This document shows, one piece after another, positions 25,103 to 41,427 of a stretch of DNA of 64,000 nt. The DNA lies in assembly GCA_964016885.1 (NCBI GenBank), contig OZ024741.1:59520001-59584000 (forward strand). The letters run 5' to 3'. Source of the stretch: Eledone cirrhosa. Lineage: Eukaryota. A model generated the notes under the pieces. The model was given only the letters and a program-made list of their open reading frames with translations. It was not told the origin of the DNA and did no database searches. The first letter of the stretch is position 1. Each line of letters begins with the position of its first letter. The translations under genes were made by a program, and so were the position numbers.

Positions 25103-27785
25103 TTATTGATGGCACTTGTCAATTATTCTTGTGTATATTTCACGTCATCATACTTAGACATAGACGACGTTTAAATACAATTGAAAAACTGTATTTAGTA
25201 AGAAGGAAAATTAGGACAGCAAAGTTGATTTCTTATAGATAATCGCTCTGATCGATCGACAAGATCTCAGACCTTATTCATTTGCCGGTGGGGTTGAACC
25301 TCGTCAAATTGGACCAAGGAAACAATGTTTCCATTGGTCTTTCCATTGCCAATACTATCTACCGGTCGCAACTCCTGGTAGAAGGAGGAACATGAAATAA
25401 AGTGTCTTTCTCAAGGACACAACGCATTACCCGGTCCGAGTATTGAACTCGCAACCTCACTAAGCCATGTGCCTTCAATATATAACACAGTAATGGCTAT
25501 ATTGTGTATGGAGTTTCGTGGCTTAGTGTTTAGAGTGTTCAGCTGGCGATAGTAATGTCATAGTGTTCGATTCCCATACCAGAACGGGCAGTTAAGTGTG
25601 TCCTAGAGCAGGATAATTTGTGTCACGTTTCACCAGTTCATCCAGCTGGCAAAATTGAGTTGAACATATATAATTCAAATAGTCAGTCTTCTCATATAAG
25701 GCGTTATGCATGAATCCTCTTGAGTTAAGTATACACGTGAATCCTCTATGTTAAGTATACACGTCTCTGTGGAATGCACAGCAATTTGCATATAAATTAT
25801 CGCAAGCAGGCTGTTCTTTTGTTTGAACAACTGGAACATTCGGCGGGACGACGAATGACCAACAAGCAACATGTCAAGTATATTGAAAAATGCAGTAATA
25901 ATAGATGTGGACACAGCATGGACCAATGATAGAAGAATTTTGATCCTGGGTTTGATACCACTGCATGGTAAATTATGCATGTGTCATTTAACATAGTTTC
26001 GGGTCGACCTATAACTTGTGAATGAAATTGGTGGGTGGAAAATGTTCGGAAGCTCGTCAAACTGATTGCGTCTCTAATTCACTTCAAAATGTCATGTGTA
26101 CTAGGCTAAAGTTGCACGTGTCTGTAGAATGCTCATTCCCTTGTACGTTCATGTCATGTGCCGGCTGCTCCGCTGATCAAATAATTGAATCACTCATCAT
26201 CGAAGCTGATGGAGGTCCATTCCATATTCTGATATCGGATATCATAAAAGAAACAGTTGGAAGTCTTCAAGAAGATGAAGAACTGACTAATCATGTTGAA
26301 AGTATCATTAATCTTTTGAACAAGCCGTAGAATAGTAAAGAATGGGAAATATCTATTGAGGAGCAATGGAATCTTGCAATAGAGCATGACTTTTATTGTG
26401 TAAGAGAGAGCGGTGAATAAATCTTGCAAGGTAGATATAATTACATTTATTCGATAAAAAGAAATAACAAGATTAAATAAAATTCTGTATATTTCGATTA
26501 AATAAATTCCGAGTGGTGTCTCTTGATTTAAATCTATTTAAATCTATTTTCCAAACTCCATTGAATTAAGAAGAGTAAATCATTTTCTTTATTTCTCTTT
26601 CGTTCTTCTTTTTTCCTTTTAATTCCTGCCATCTGCTATTTTCTTATTTTGTCATAATCTGTAAAGGTATGAAGCTTCAGTTACACTATTTTAGATGTGA
26701 ATATTAAGCAGAATGAACAGACTAGTAACGGATTGAATACGTAGAATAAATAATAAAATCCAGCAGAACATACCTTCGAGTCTATTATTGAATAGTAGTT
26801 ATCAGTGCTGACTGAAAGCTTATTACTTTAATATGTTTGATATTACCTAAGCTTTCGATCGAAACCGAAATAATGTAGATAAGACACGGGTAAGAAGTGA
26901 AATAGATGGTAAAACTGGTTATAAGGTAGATACAAGTATTCTTCAAGTAAAACGCATATTTTCTGAGATAAATATTGATAGTATCGGATTAACAGCGACA
27001 CAGATGTTTGCCAAAATTATGTCTTCAGTACTTAATATTCGAACTGTTTTGGTGTTATATAAATTAGTAATCATTATTGGAAGACATATAAACAATATAT
27101 AGTTATCAAATTCTTTCATGTTCTAGAGATCTTGTTTATCCGGTTTAAAGGTTTTGCACTGCATCTCCGTTCGCACCCGGCCGTAAAATATTGCTTAAAA
27201 GAAACAACAACACTATGTTGTATATAATCCCTGTCATGAGACCCACAAGGCTATCACATGCATAACAAGGGAAGCTGGTCTTATAATCCTCGTCGTGTTG
27301 TATGTAGCAGAGATCTTATTTACACAAACTACAAGAAAATATTGGTTATTATATCGACATATTGTTGAAAGAGAGTTTGAAGTGTATATAACTCACCCAA
27401 AGCCAACAATTGATTTTGGTTTCACAAATTCAGTAATTTTTAGATGCCACAGAAATATAGTAAGCGATATCTTCCCTTGCAAGGAACTGCAAATGTAACC
27501 TCATGAGCTGGAATTGTGTAGCGGACATCACTGGCGGTATTATTTTAGTCATCTTTTCATTTCTCCCCCTTCTTTTTAATCCGTATCTATGTAAATGTAT
27601 ACAAAAGATAAGGAAGAATAAAACGTGATTGTAATAAGAGTATAATAGAATGAAGCTCCGTCGGTTTCAACGATGACTATTCCAGTTGTTCAAGCAACGG
27701 AATAACTTGCTCATGACAATAACGTGTAAGTGGTTGAGCATTATATGTATATGAATATGTAAATGCAGAAATGTATATATATATA

Positions 27786-28025
27786 CAGAGGAGACTGAGG
27801 TTAGATGGACATGCTCACCGACATCCAGAGTTGACATTGCACTCAGTGCTCCTGTGGGAGCCCCTACATGGATACACTAGAAGAGGAAGACCAAGGTTAA
27901 CGTATGTTGATGCCCTAAGGACAGACACTGGTCTGTTGGAGACGAAGGACATGGCAGCGATAATGAGGAATAGAGACCGCTGGAGAGAACTCGTCCATGG
28001 ATCTCGGGAATTTTACCCGCCTTAG
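27786..28025 (+). mobile_element. RTE-like LINE 3' fragment in (TA)n
   Basis: RRLRLDGHAHRH..LLWEPLHG..RRGRPRLTYVDAL..MRNRDRWR. Confidence 0.8.
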
Positions 28026-28044
28026 ATATATATATATATATATA

Positions 28045-28687
28045 TAGTAATAATAATAAATTCGAAGACTAAAATCAAAAGAGGGCTCGAATAAGGATAA
28101 ATATATGTCAAATATATAAGAACCGTAGAGCAAATATTTATTAAAATAACAGATTAAAGTTTAAGCAAAGAATCGCTGCTTTCACCCTTAACGGGATCTT
28201 CTGAAACTAACAAAGTCAATCTGTAAACGCCGAAGTGAATATTTCAAAAAACGTTGCAGCCGGAGGAAGACAGGTAGACGATACTTTGGTTCATCGTGAC
28301 GTTCGCGGGCAAAGAACGGGAAAAAACGAATATAATACGTCATTAATAGGAGAGGTGAAAAACAATTACACGCAAAGAGAGGACCACGTTTATGGTATAA
28401 AAGAAGTCGTAGATTAATATTCTCTTAGGTGGTGCATAGAGACGTTCTCTGGCAATAAACGGAAAAAAACGAAGATAATACGTCATTAATTGGAGCGGTG
28501 AAAAACAATTACACGAAAAGACAGAACCACGTTTATGGTATAAAAGAAGTCGTAGACTAATATTCTCTTAGGTGGTTCATAGAGACGTTCTCTGGCAATA
28601 AACGGAAAAAAACGAAGATAATACGTCATTAATTGGAGCGGTGAAAAACAATTACACTCAAAGACAGAACCACGTTTATGGTATAAA
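28045..28687 (-). mobile_element. PLE family-1 pLTR with 143-bp internal tandem repeats
   Basis: Matches 38900-39400. Repeat units start at 28333, 28476 and 28619. Confidence 0.85.
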
Positions 28688-29752
28688 ATGGTAAATGATG
28701 ACATAAATGGGACCTTCCCCTTGTATAGGAGCAAATTTTGGAATAGAATAGAAAGAACTAGGAACAAGGCTAATAGAATAAACTCATGGTATGATAGCAA
28801 TAAATACCAGAGTGTAATGTTCATCGATACAACCCCTAGAGGTGAATTAGCTTACAAATTTAGAAGGGCCCTAAATAAACATAAACTCAATATTAAGATA
28901 GTAGAAAGACCAGGTACCTCCGTAAAAACACTCATTAGCAAGACATACCCTTTTCAAAGACCCTCATGTATAGATAAGAAATGTATAACCTGTAAAATAA
29001 GCCCCCATATTAACTGTAAAACTAGAAATGTAGTGTATAGCATAAGATGTACCGAAGGACAATGTAGAGACCAAAATATAGTGTACATAGGTGAGACAGC
29101 TCGTAGTGTAGGGGAACGGATAAATGAACACTGGCGAGACCTTCAAGATAGTAAAGAATCATCTGTACTCTACCAACATGCTAAAATAGAACACAAGGGT
29201 AAATTAGAGAACATAGAAATAAAAATAGAATCTACACACAGAAAAGACGCAATGTTTAGACAAATTACAGAGGCAATAAACATAAAAGAATTACAACCAA
29301 AATTAAATAGAAAATATGAGTGGAACAGCAACATCACAACTTACAATTAAGGACAAAATGAAAACACACACACACACATATAACAAACAACCAACCAGTA
29401 ACATGTAAATAAACAAATAAATAAATGAACATAAACACACACAGACACCCGGATGTGGCGCATGCGCAGACTGAGAACACAACACACACACAGAAACAAA
29501 ATGGCGTAGGACAGAACAAAGGAGAGGCACAGAAACAAAGAAAGGAATCCCCAGTCACTGAAGAGGTCACAGAGTGTGTGACGAAAGAACTATGACAATA
29601 TATAAACAACTATCTGGTTGTGGAACCAACCAAACAACCAGAAATTTATAAATTTATAAATTTATTATAAATTTATTATAATAAATTGAAGTGAAAGCAA
29701 CTGGTGCGTGTGTTTCTTATTGGCAACTTGACCCTCCCAAAGTATAACAACA
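28688..29752 (+). mobile_element. PLE family 2 (possibly Nematis-like): 3' ORF part with GIY-YIG endonuclease plus pLTR
   Basis: ORF 28688..29350 has a CIDKKCITC linker, NVVYSIRC..VYIGETARSVGERINEH and RQITEAINIKELQPKLN. HHR at 29554-29596. The 3' end also occurs alone at about 23160-23195. Confidence 0.9.
29554..29596 (+). ncRNA. Minimal type-I hammerhead ribozyme in PLE pLTR
   Basis: GTCA-CTGAAGA-g-GTCAC agagtgt GTGAC-GAAA-GaaC-TA|TGAC. Confidence 0.7.
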
Positions 29753-29779
29753 TACATATATAAATATATATATATATAT

Positions 29780-30217
29780 AAAGAAAAAAAGATGAAATCG
29801 AAAATGCAACTGGAGTCTTATTTAAACAAAAATATATATATATTTATTTGGTTCCTTTACCGGTTTCGCAGTTCTTCTGCTTTTCAAATGTAGAGTTGAG
29901 ATGGAGGGTCTGTGGTTTTTCTCACATCTGGTTGGTCTCTGAATGTTACTTGTTTTATATGGAAAAAGTGGTTCGAAATGCCAGATTTTTCGAGAAGTAA
30001 TTTGATTGGTTGGTCAATAATTATAATAAATTTCGCGCCAGTTCGCGTTACAAAGTTCTTCAAACAAGGGGATATGAAGAAAGGTAAAATCCCGAACGCG
30101 ACACCTAGTAATTTCGGCTTGTATTCAGCAATCCTTTTCACGGCTTGCCGAAGTCGCTAGGCATTGACATCGAGCTTTCCCTTCCTTTACATTCACCTCA
30201 GCCTCTTCCCATTCATA

Positions 30218-30222
<5 letters not shown>
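29780..30222 (-). mobile_element. PLE pLTR remnant related to the 31.5/35.0-kb pLTR
   Basis: Shared blocks (tttcgcgccagttcgcgttacaaa, gattggt). HHR-like motif at 29855-29890. Flanked by (TA)n. Confidence 0.55.
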
Positions 30223-30247
<25 letters not shown>

Positions 30248-30252
<5 letters not shown>

Positions 30253-30925
30253 TAAAATAACAGATTAAAGTTTAAGCAAAGAATCGCTGCTTTCACCCTT
30301 AACGGGATCTTCTGAAACTAACAAAGTCAATCTGTAAATGTAGTACTGGATATTTCAAAAAAACGTTGCAACCGGAGGAAGACAGGAAGACGATATTTAG
30401 GTTCATGGTGACGTTCGCTGGCAAAGAACGGGAAAAAACGAATAATACGTCATTAATAGGAGCGGTGAAAAACAATTACGCGCAAAGACAGAACCACGTT
30501 TATGGTATCAAAGAGGTCGTAGACTAATGTTCTCCAAGTGGTGCATAGAGACGTTCTCTGGCAATGAACGAAAAAACGAAGATAATAAGTCATATATGGA
30601 GCGTGGAGAACAATAGCACGCAAAGACAAAACCACGTAAATGGTATAGCAGAAGTTGTAGACTAAAATTCTAACTAGGAGACCGAATGAATCTCCGCTAC
30701 AGAGTTAAGAACAAAGTAAATAAATACAATACTGAAGTAATAGAAACAAATAAATACATACGCACAAACAGATACGTACATACACAAGCATACGCAAAAC
30801 ACTTACCATAGGTATACAAAACCACGCACATAAATATTTGCTCTTCGGTTCTTATATATTTGATATATATTTTCCTTATCGAGCCCTCTTTGGATTTTAG
30901 TCTTCAATTTTATTATTATTACTAT
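30248..30925 (-). mobile_element. PLE family-1 pLTR (30248-30830) with inverted terminal tail (30831-30925)
   Basis: High identity to 35720-36310 and 39791-39893. Confidence 0.9.
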
Positions 30926-31037
30926 ATATATATATACATTTGTGCAGACTTTATATATATATATACATTTGTGTTGGAGCTCTAGAATAGTGATGTATAT
31001 ATGAATGCACGTATTGTATATTTAATGATATTATTAA

Positions 31038-31457
31038 TTACGGGGTCGATAAAATAAAGTACCAGTAATACACTGGGTAATTGCTGGCCTTGTGCCTAAC
31101 GTAGAAACAATTATTAATTACGACGAGGGCGGTGGATTGGCAGTATCGGTAGAGGGTCGGACGCCATGCTTTCCTGCATAGTTAGGTCCCTTTACGATCT
31201 AAGTTTAAATCCCGCTGAGGTTGACTTTGCCTTTCATCCTTACGGGGTCGATAAAATAAAGTACCAGTAAAGCACTGGGTCATTGCTGGCCTTGTGCCTA
31301 AAGTAGAAACAATTATTAATTACGACCCTTTACATTCTGAGTTCAAATCCCGCCGAGGTTAACTTTGCCTTTCATCCTTACGGGGTTGATAAAATAAAGT
31401 ACCAGTAATACAGTGTTAATTGCTGGCCTTGTGCCAAATGTAGAAACAATTATTAAT
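31038..31457 (+). mobile_element. Three head-to-tail SINE family A copies (two 5'-truncated)
   Basis: Core and tail repeated three times, separated by attattaattacg. Confidence 0.85.
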
Positions 31458-31468
31458 TATACAATACG

Positions 31469-35010
<3,542 letters not shown>

Positions 35011-35271
35011 TATATATATATATATATAGTAATAACGCTAGCAGCCGAAGTTTATAATTAAGTTATAAACCGCACCAACGTGTATAAATATATAAACATA
35101 TCTAATATGTAGGCATGTAAAGAAACAAGAAAATAAGAATTTCTCCGTAAAATATAAAAAAAAAAATGATAAAATCATCAATCAACTTTCTATTTTATTT
35201 CATGTCATCAGACGACGTATATTTCATAAAATCAACCATAAAATCAACAACAAGGCAACAGGAAATTGACG

Positions 35272-35315
<44 letters not shown>

Positions 35316-35436
35316 CATTTGCACTTCATATTATTCTGATATGTACATACTTATTTGCATATAATTAATGCTCGTGATGGTAATTAATTAAGATATATAT
35401 TCAGAAGTGCGCTAGCAGCTGGAGTGTATGATAAAG

Positions 35437-35496
<60 letters not shown>

Positions 35497-35719
35497 TTAA
35501 GGATACTATTTATGGTTATGTATATAATAAAACGCTTTATGGTTATATATATTTAAACTCTAAATAGTGAAAGACAGTAATTCATTACTACCTTATTACG
35601 AGTAAGATAAATAGCTAAATGTAATAACATCAGTTGTTTTACAGAGCAGTTATATAGAAATTACATGAATATATGTATCTATGTATGTATGTATGTATAT
35701 ATATATATATATATATATA

Positions 35720-38700
35720 TTTATTAAAATAACAGTTTAAAGTTTAAGCAAATAATCGCTGCTTTCACCCTTAACGGGATCTTCTGAAACTAACAAAGTC
35801 AATCTGTAAACGCAGAAGTGGATATTTCAAAAAACGTTGCAACCAGAGGAAGACAGGAAGACGATACTTTGGTTCGTGGAAACGTTCGCTGGCAAAGAAC
35901 GGGAAAAAACGAATATAATACGTCATTAATAGGAGCGCTGAAAAACAATACGCGCAGACAGAACCACGTTTATGGTATAAAAGAGGTCGTAGACTAATGT
36001 TCTCTTAGGTGGTTCATAGAGACGTTCTCTGGCTATGAACGAAAAAAACGAAGATAATACATCATATGTTGGGCGTGGAGAACAAAGCACGCAAAGACAA
36101 AACAACGTAAATGGTATAGCAGAAGTCGTAGACTAAAATTCTAACTAGGAGACCGAATGAATCTCCGCTTCAGAGTTAAGAACAAAGTAAATAAATACAA
36201 TACATAAGTAATAGAAATAAATAAATACATACACGCACACAAATACGTACATACACAAGCATACGCAAAACACTTACCATAGGTATACAAAACCACGCAC
36301 ATATAAATATGTGTGTGCGTATACGTGTATACGAATAAATAAATAATTATATTAAACGTATATAAATAAATAAATACGTATATAACAAGCGCACACACAT
36401 ACCTACATGTAAATACACGAATGTTCGGAGACGTAAGTCCACCAAAACATGAAGTACACATATACACACACCCTACATACGTACGAACCTGCATACTCAC
36501 ATAGACACAAAACTCCCGTATACACATAGCCAAACCATATCTACCAGAATATATAAAATTATACGCCATAACATAAACAATCAAATATACGTACGAGAAG
36601 GTATACATACCTTCACAAAACATACGGGTATTATATACTTACCTATGCAAATAAGTAATGGTATAAACAAAACATATACTTAGCTCCCACATCAAGACGT
36701 AAAATATCCACGTATAGATCGTACTATCCGTTAGGGTATAACGTGGGGCTGTAATACAGGAAAGTTTTGTGCAATTTATGTTTACAAGCCGAAATTGCCT
36801 CAGATTTTTTGTTTAAGATGTGGTCTGTGGCGTAGAGTATTTCCAGATCCCCAGCGGCGCAGAGGTCACATGGTCTTTTATTTCCGTTATACGATCTAGC
36901 TCTAGCTAGGATCTCCCAGTGTAACTTATATTGGGTGTGGTTGTCTTTTAGACTCCAGATATAAGCTGAAAGTGACGTCATATTCCTTCTTAGAGGGCAA
37001 GAAAAATAATGGGTATGCATGTAAAGACGCTGCTTGAATCTATTGGCGGTTAACCCTATGTAGGCCCTACGGGACGTGGGTGTTACAACCTTACATTTGT
37101 AGACAATATTACTAGAGAGGCATTTCCCGGAAAGGGGGCAATCAACCCGATTCCTACAATTACAGTTAGTACTAACTACAGGGTTGCACGTGTTCCTACG
37201 GCTAGGTAGTTTAGCTAAATTTGAATCTGTGATGTTATGTGCAAGGTTAGGAGTCGTAGAGTAAGACATTTTAATAGTTATTTCTATTAAACATTTTACT
37301 ATATTTATGTGTAGGGGGAAAATGCTTCGTAATAAGGGAAAGAAAGATCTTAGCTAATGGTGTGGCTACCTCCATATTATATGGTGGGTTATACCAACAA
37401 ATGCGATGGGATCTATTTCTTCTATGTCTATTTTCGTACTCCGTATATGCACCTTATCGACAAATCCACTTCGAGCAAGAGCTTCATTGTAATAAGTGGA
37501 ATGGTCGTTGAAAATACGCTCGTTAGTGGAAAGACGGGAAAGCCTCAACGAAACATTTCTTACCAGGTTTTTGGTTATGCTGGCAGGATGGTTGGAATGC
37601 TTACTTATGTAATTAAGCGTATCATTCGGCTTTCTATAAGGGTAATACAACCCATTCAATAAATTGAGGGTAACGTCGAGGTAATTAACGACCGAGAGAT
37701 TGGCCTCAACCTGTATAGAGAGGTTGAAGCCTTTAAAGAAGGCTGTGAGTTCTTTTCTGAACCTGTCGCAAGCACGAGTACCGCACTTAGGCATGGTAAA
37801 AAAAAACCATCGTCACGGTACAAACCACCGCCCGCGTTGGGGAATTCGTCCTTGATAGAGAAAAGAAGGAAAAGGCCGATAAGATCAGTAACCTCCGCAG
37901 AATCACTGGCGCCCATACTCAAGTCGAATGGGGTACAATTGGATTTTTTAATCCAAATAGAGTCGTCGAAATTAATCATCGACTTTCGGGCATTGAGGAT
38001 GACATCAACTTCGAAATCCTTAACCACTGTGAGTGTTTTAGCGAAATTGATAGCTCTAAGGAGAAGTGGTAAAGTGATGGAGGAGTAGTAATTGTTGATG
38101 TCGAATTGGATAAAACGGCTATGTTCCCTGTTACATATGCCGTTGAACCAATCAATCACCGCGAAAGAATTGTTCCACAGTGCAAGAGGGGCCAAACTAC
38201 TAATTTCAGGTATAATTCTATCAAGAATCGTTTTACTAAGTCTACCTAAATCGGACTTCGTAGGGTTAATAAGCCCAATAGAGGGGTTGTTCGGAAAATT
38301 GGATTTGTGATCCTTCAGGGTAAAGTGGGGAGAAATAGGGTCCAGAGTTTCGGTCCGGTCCAGGATGTTGAGATCAGATGTGATTTTAAACCCAGCATCG
38401 TTGATTTCATTGATGACGCACCGATTAGTTTTACGGTAATCCTTAGTTACAGCATTATGTAGTAGTTGATGGTAAGTACTGCGCTCCACTTGATATAGGT
38501 TGCCAGTTTTGTCGGAATGGATGTGCACGGCATTAGAATCCTTAATAGAACGAATTCTATTCTTCAGGTCTAGCTGGAAGGAATTGCTCCTATTCCAAAA
38601 TTCGATACTCCGAATGAATTCCAAGACATCATTTTCGAAGGGTAACAATGTTGGGTTACACGGGGGGTTATTATAGGTATTACATCCAAATTTATCCTGT

Positions 38701-39893
38701 TTGTTGTCTGCTTTTCGCGGATTATCGAAATAAAAGGCACGCCAACGCAACCTTTTAATGAACGCGTCTGTTTTCTGTATCAGGAGTTTGAGGTATGTTT
38801 TCCTGCTTGGTACAGGTATGTTCTTTGTAGAAATATTCAGATGTTGTTTCTGCATGATGAATATAAGTCAGTAGAGTGCTCAACCGAGGGAGCCAAATAG
38901 TAATAATAATAAATTTGAAGACTAAAATCCAAAGAGGGCTCGATAAGGATAAATATATATCAAATATATAAGAACCGTAGAGCAAATATTTATTAAAATA
39001 ACAGATTAAATTTTAAGCAAAGAATCGCTGCTTTCACCCTTAACGGGGTCTTCTGAAACTAACAAATTCAATCTGTAAACGCAGAAGTGGATATTTCAAA
39101 AATCGTTGCAACCTGAGGAAGACAGGAAGACGATACTTTGGTTCGTGGAAACGTTCCCTGGCAAAGAACGGGAAAAAACGAATATAATACGTCATTAATA
39201 GGAGCGGTGAAAAACCACACGCGCAAAGACAGAACCACGTTTATGGTAAAAAAGAGGTCGTAGACTAATGTTCTCTTAGGTGGTTCATAGAGACGTTCTC
39301 TGGCATTGAACGAAAAAAACGAAGATAATACATCACATGTGGAGCGTGGAGAACAAAGCACGCAAAGACAAAACCACGTAAATGGTATAGCAGAAGTCGT
39401 AGACTAAAATTCTAACTAGGAGACCGAATGAATCTCCGCTTCAGAGTTAAGAACAAAGTAAATAAATACAATACAGAAGTAATAGAAATAAATGAATACA
39501 TACACACACACAAATACGTACATACACAAGCATACGCAAAACACTTACCATAGGTATACAAAACCACGCACATATAAATATGTGTGTGTGCGTATGCGTG
39601 TATACAAATAAATAAATAATTATATAAACGTATATAAATAAATAAATACGTATATAACAAGCGCACACACATACCTACATATAAATACACGAATGTTCGG
39701 AGACGTAAGTCCACCAAAACATGAAGTACACATATACACACATCCTACATACGTACGAACCTGCATACTCACACAGACGCAAAACTCCCTATTTTAATAA
39801 ATATTTGCTCTACGGTTCTTATATGTTTGATATATATTTATCCTTATCGAACCCTCTTTGGATATTAGTCTTCAAATTTATTATTATTACTAT
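35720..39893 (-). mobile_element. Near full-length PLE family 1 (possibly Hydra-clade): pLTR - RT - GIY-YIG - pLTR, with inverted tail, in (TA)n
   Basis: ORFs 37656..38855, 37366..37794 and 36724..37269 (frameshifted): FIQFDINNYY, MGASDSAEV, LYRDDG, NYLDVTL, CNCR..CPLSGKC, IVYKC..YIGLT..FKQR. Direct pLTRs about 35720-36515 and 38900-39790. Inverted tail 39791-39893. Confidence 0.93.
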
Positions 39894-40037
39894 ATATATA
39901 TATATATGCAAAAGTTCTATTTAAATTGTTGGGATACAACAAGCAAATATTTTTATAACTGATATAAAGCACTCAACAAGTATTTGGAGTAAACATACGA
40001 TATTAACAAATGGAAACTATATTTATAAAACCATATT

Positions 40038-40102
40038 TATTTTATTATACATATTTCAAGGACACCACGTTACATTATGGTGTGCTTTCATCAGACAAAA
40101 TA
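40038..40102 (-). ncRNA. Type-I hammerhead ribozyme in a solitary pLTR-like insert (39905-40108)
   Basis: TATTTTGT-CTGATGA-AAGcACACCA..TGGTGTcCTT-GAAA-TATGTA-TA|ATAAAATA. Confidence 0.75.
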
Positions 40103-40104
40103 CA

Positions 40105-40166
<62 letters not shown>

Positions 40167-41378
40167 GAATTGAGACGACATTGGCAGAGATGGCACCTTC
40201 ATTGCAGATTGGACAACAGACAGCAAGGTGTGTTACCTGGTTAGAATAGATGGACTGTAGAGAAGCAGTGTTTCTAAACTATGCAAGCAGACAATCATAT
40301 ATTCAGTAGAATGGTTTTGATATTATTGTAACAGAAACGTACTTCATTTCCTTTGAAGCGAATTATTACAGGAGGCTTTATACATTTAATTACTGAGTTT
40401 TATTGACGCTTGTTTCCTTTCATTGGAAAGATAAAGATTTATATTTAAAGTGTTAACAAGAAGGTAGGGATCCATTGTTATCGGACAGAGAATCGGACAG
40501 GATTTACTGTTTACAAGAAATTGATCTTAGTTTTAAGAAAAGCAGGCGTCTTGAAGGATAAATTTCCGATTCACTTTCTGTAAACCCAATTATATTTAAA
40601 ACAATCTTCAAGGTTTTGATCATGAACGCAGAAGAGACGTTTCAATAATTGGATTTTATCATGTTTCACAATAGCCGCGGAGAAAATAGTTTTCCTTGTA
40701 ACCAAACTATGAGGATTCTGGAGGATATTCTTCAACTAAATAATTAAATGTAATGACTGCTGGCTACTAAGGGAACACAAACTTCATAAACCTTATGTAG
40801 TACTAAGTTCTCTACACGTTGGTTGTTTTCATAGGTGTCGACAGAGTGAAGTAGTGAAGTAGTTTTTCGAAATAATAATGACTGCTATAGATGTGATGTT
40901 TGCAGTAGCGAAGACGCTTCAATAAGAAATTCATGAATACACACACGCACGCACGCCCCCCCCCCCCCCCCCCCCCCCTAACACACACACTTCTTCTTAA
41001 CTCGCGCGAAACCCAATGCGGTATGACAGCCTATTTTGTGTCTAGCCAAATTGCAGTATTTTTTGGTCGTCTTATTCCCGCGATTCAACAATCCGCTACT
41101 TTTCTCAGACCCGCTAAAGCTAGGCCTTTTTAGAGGCAGCCTTTACTCGCCTCATCGTAATTAAATCATTGGGTAGTGAGAGTTTTCTAGGGAGCTAAAG
41201 CAGTCGTCTATTCTTCTATCTCCTCTAGTAGTTTACCGATGTTGGTCCGGGGTTGCTTATTCGTGCCCGCTTATATCGCAGCTAGTTATCATAACTTTCC
41301 GCCGCAGGACGTGCGATCCGTGAAGAACAACCCAGAAAAGTATCTCCTCCTCTCTCTCTTTCTCTTTCTATATATATA

Positions 41379-41427
<49 letters not shown>

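Noticed and set aside
31127-31230. tRNA gene
   Set aside because: SINE head with A/B-box-like motifs, but no cloverleaf.
35175-35230. Minus-strand CTGATGA near GAAA motifs
   Set aside because: I could not build consistent stems I-III.
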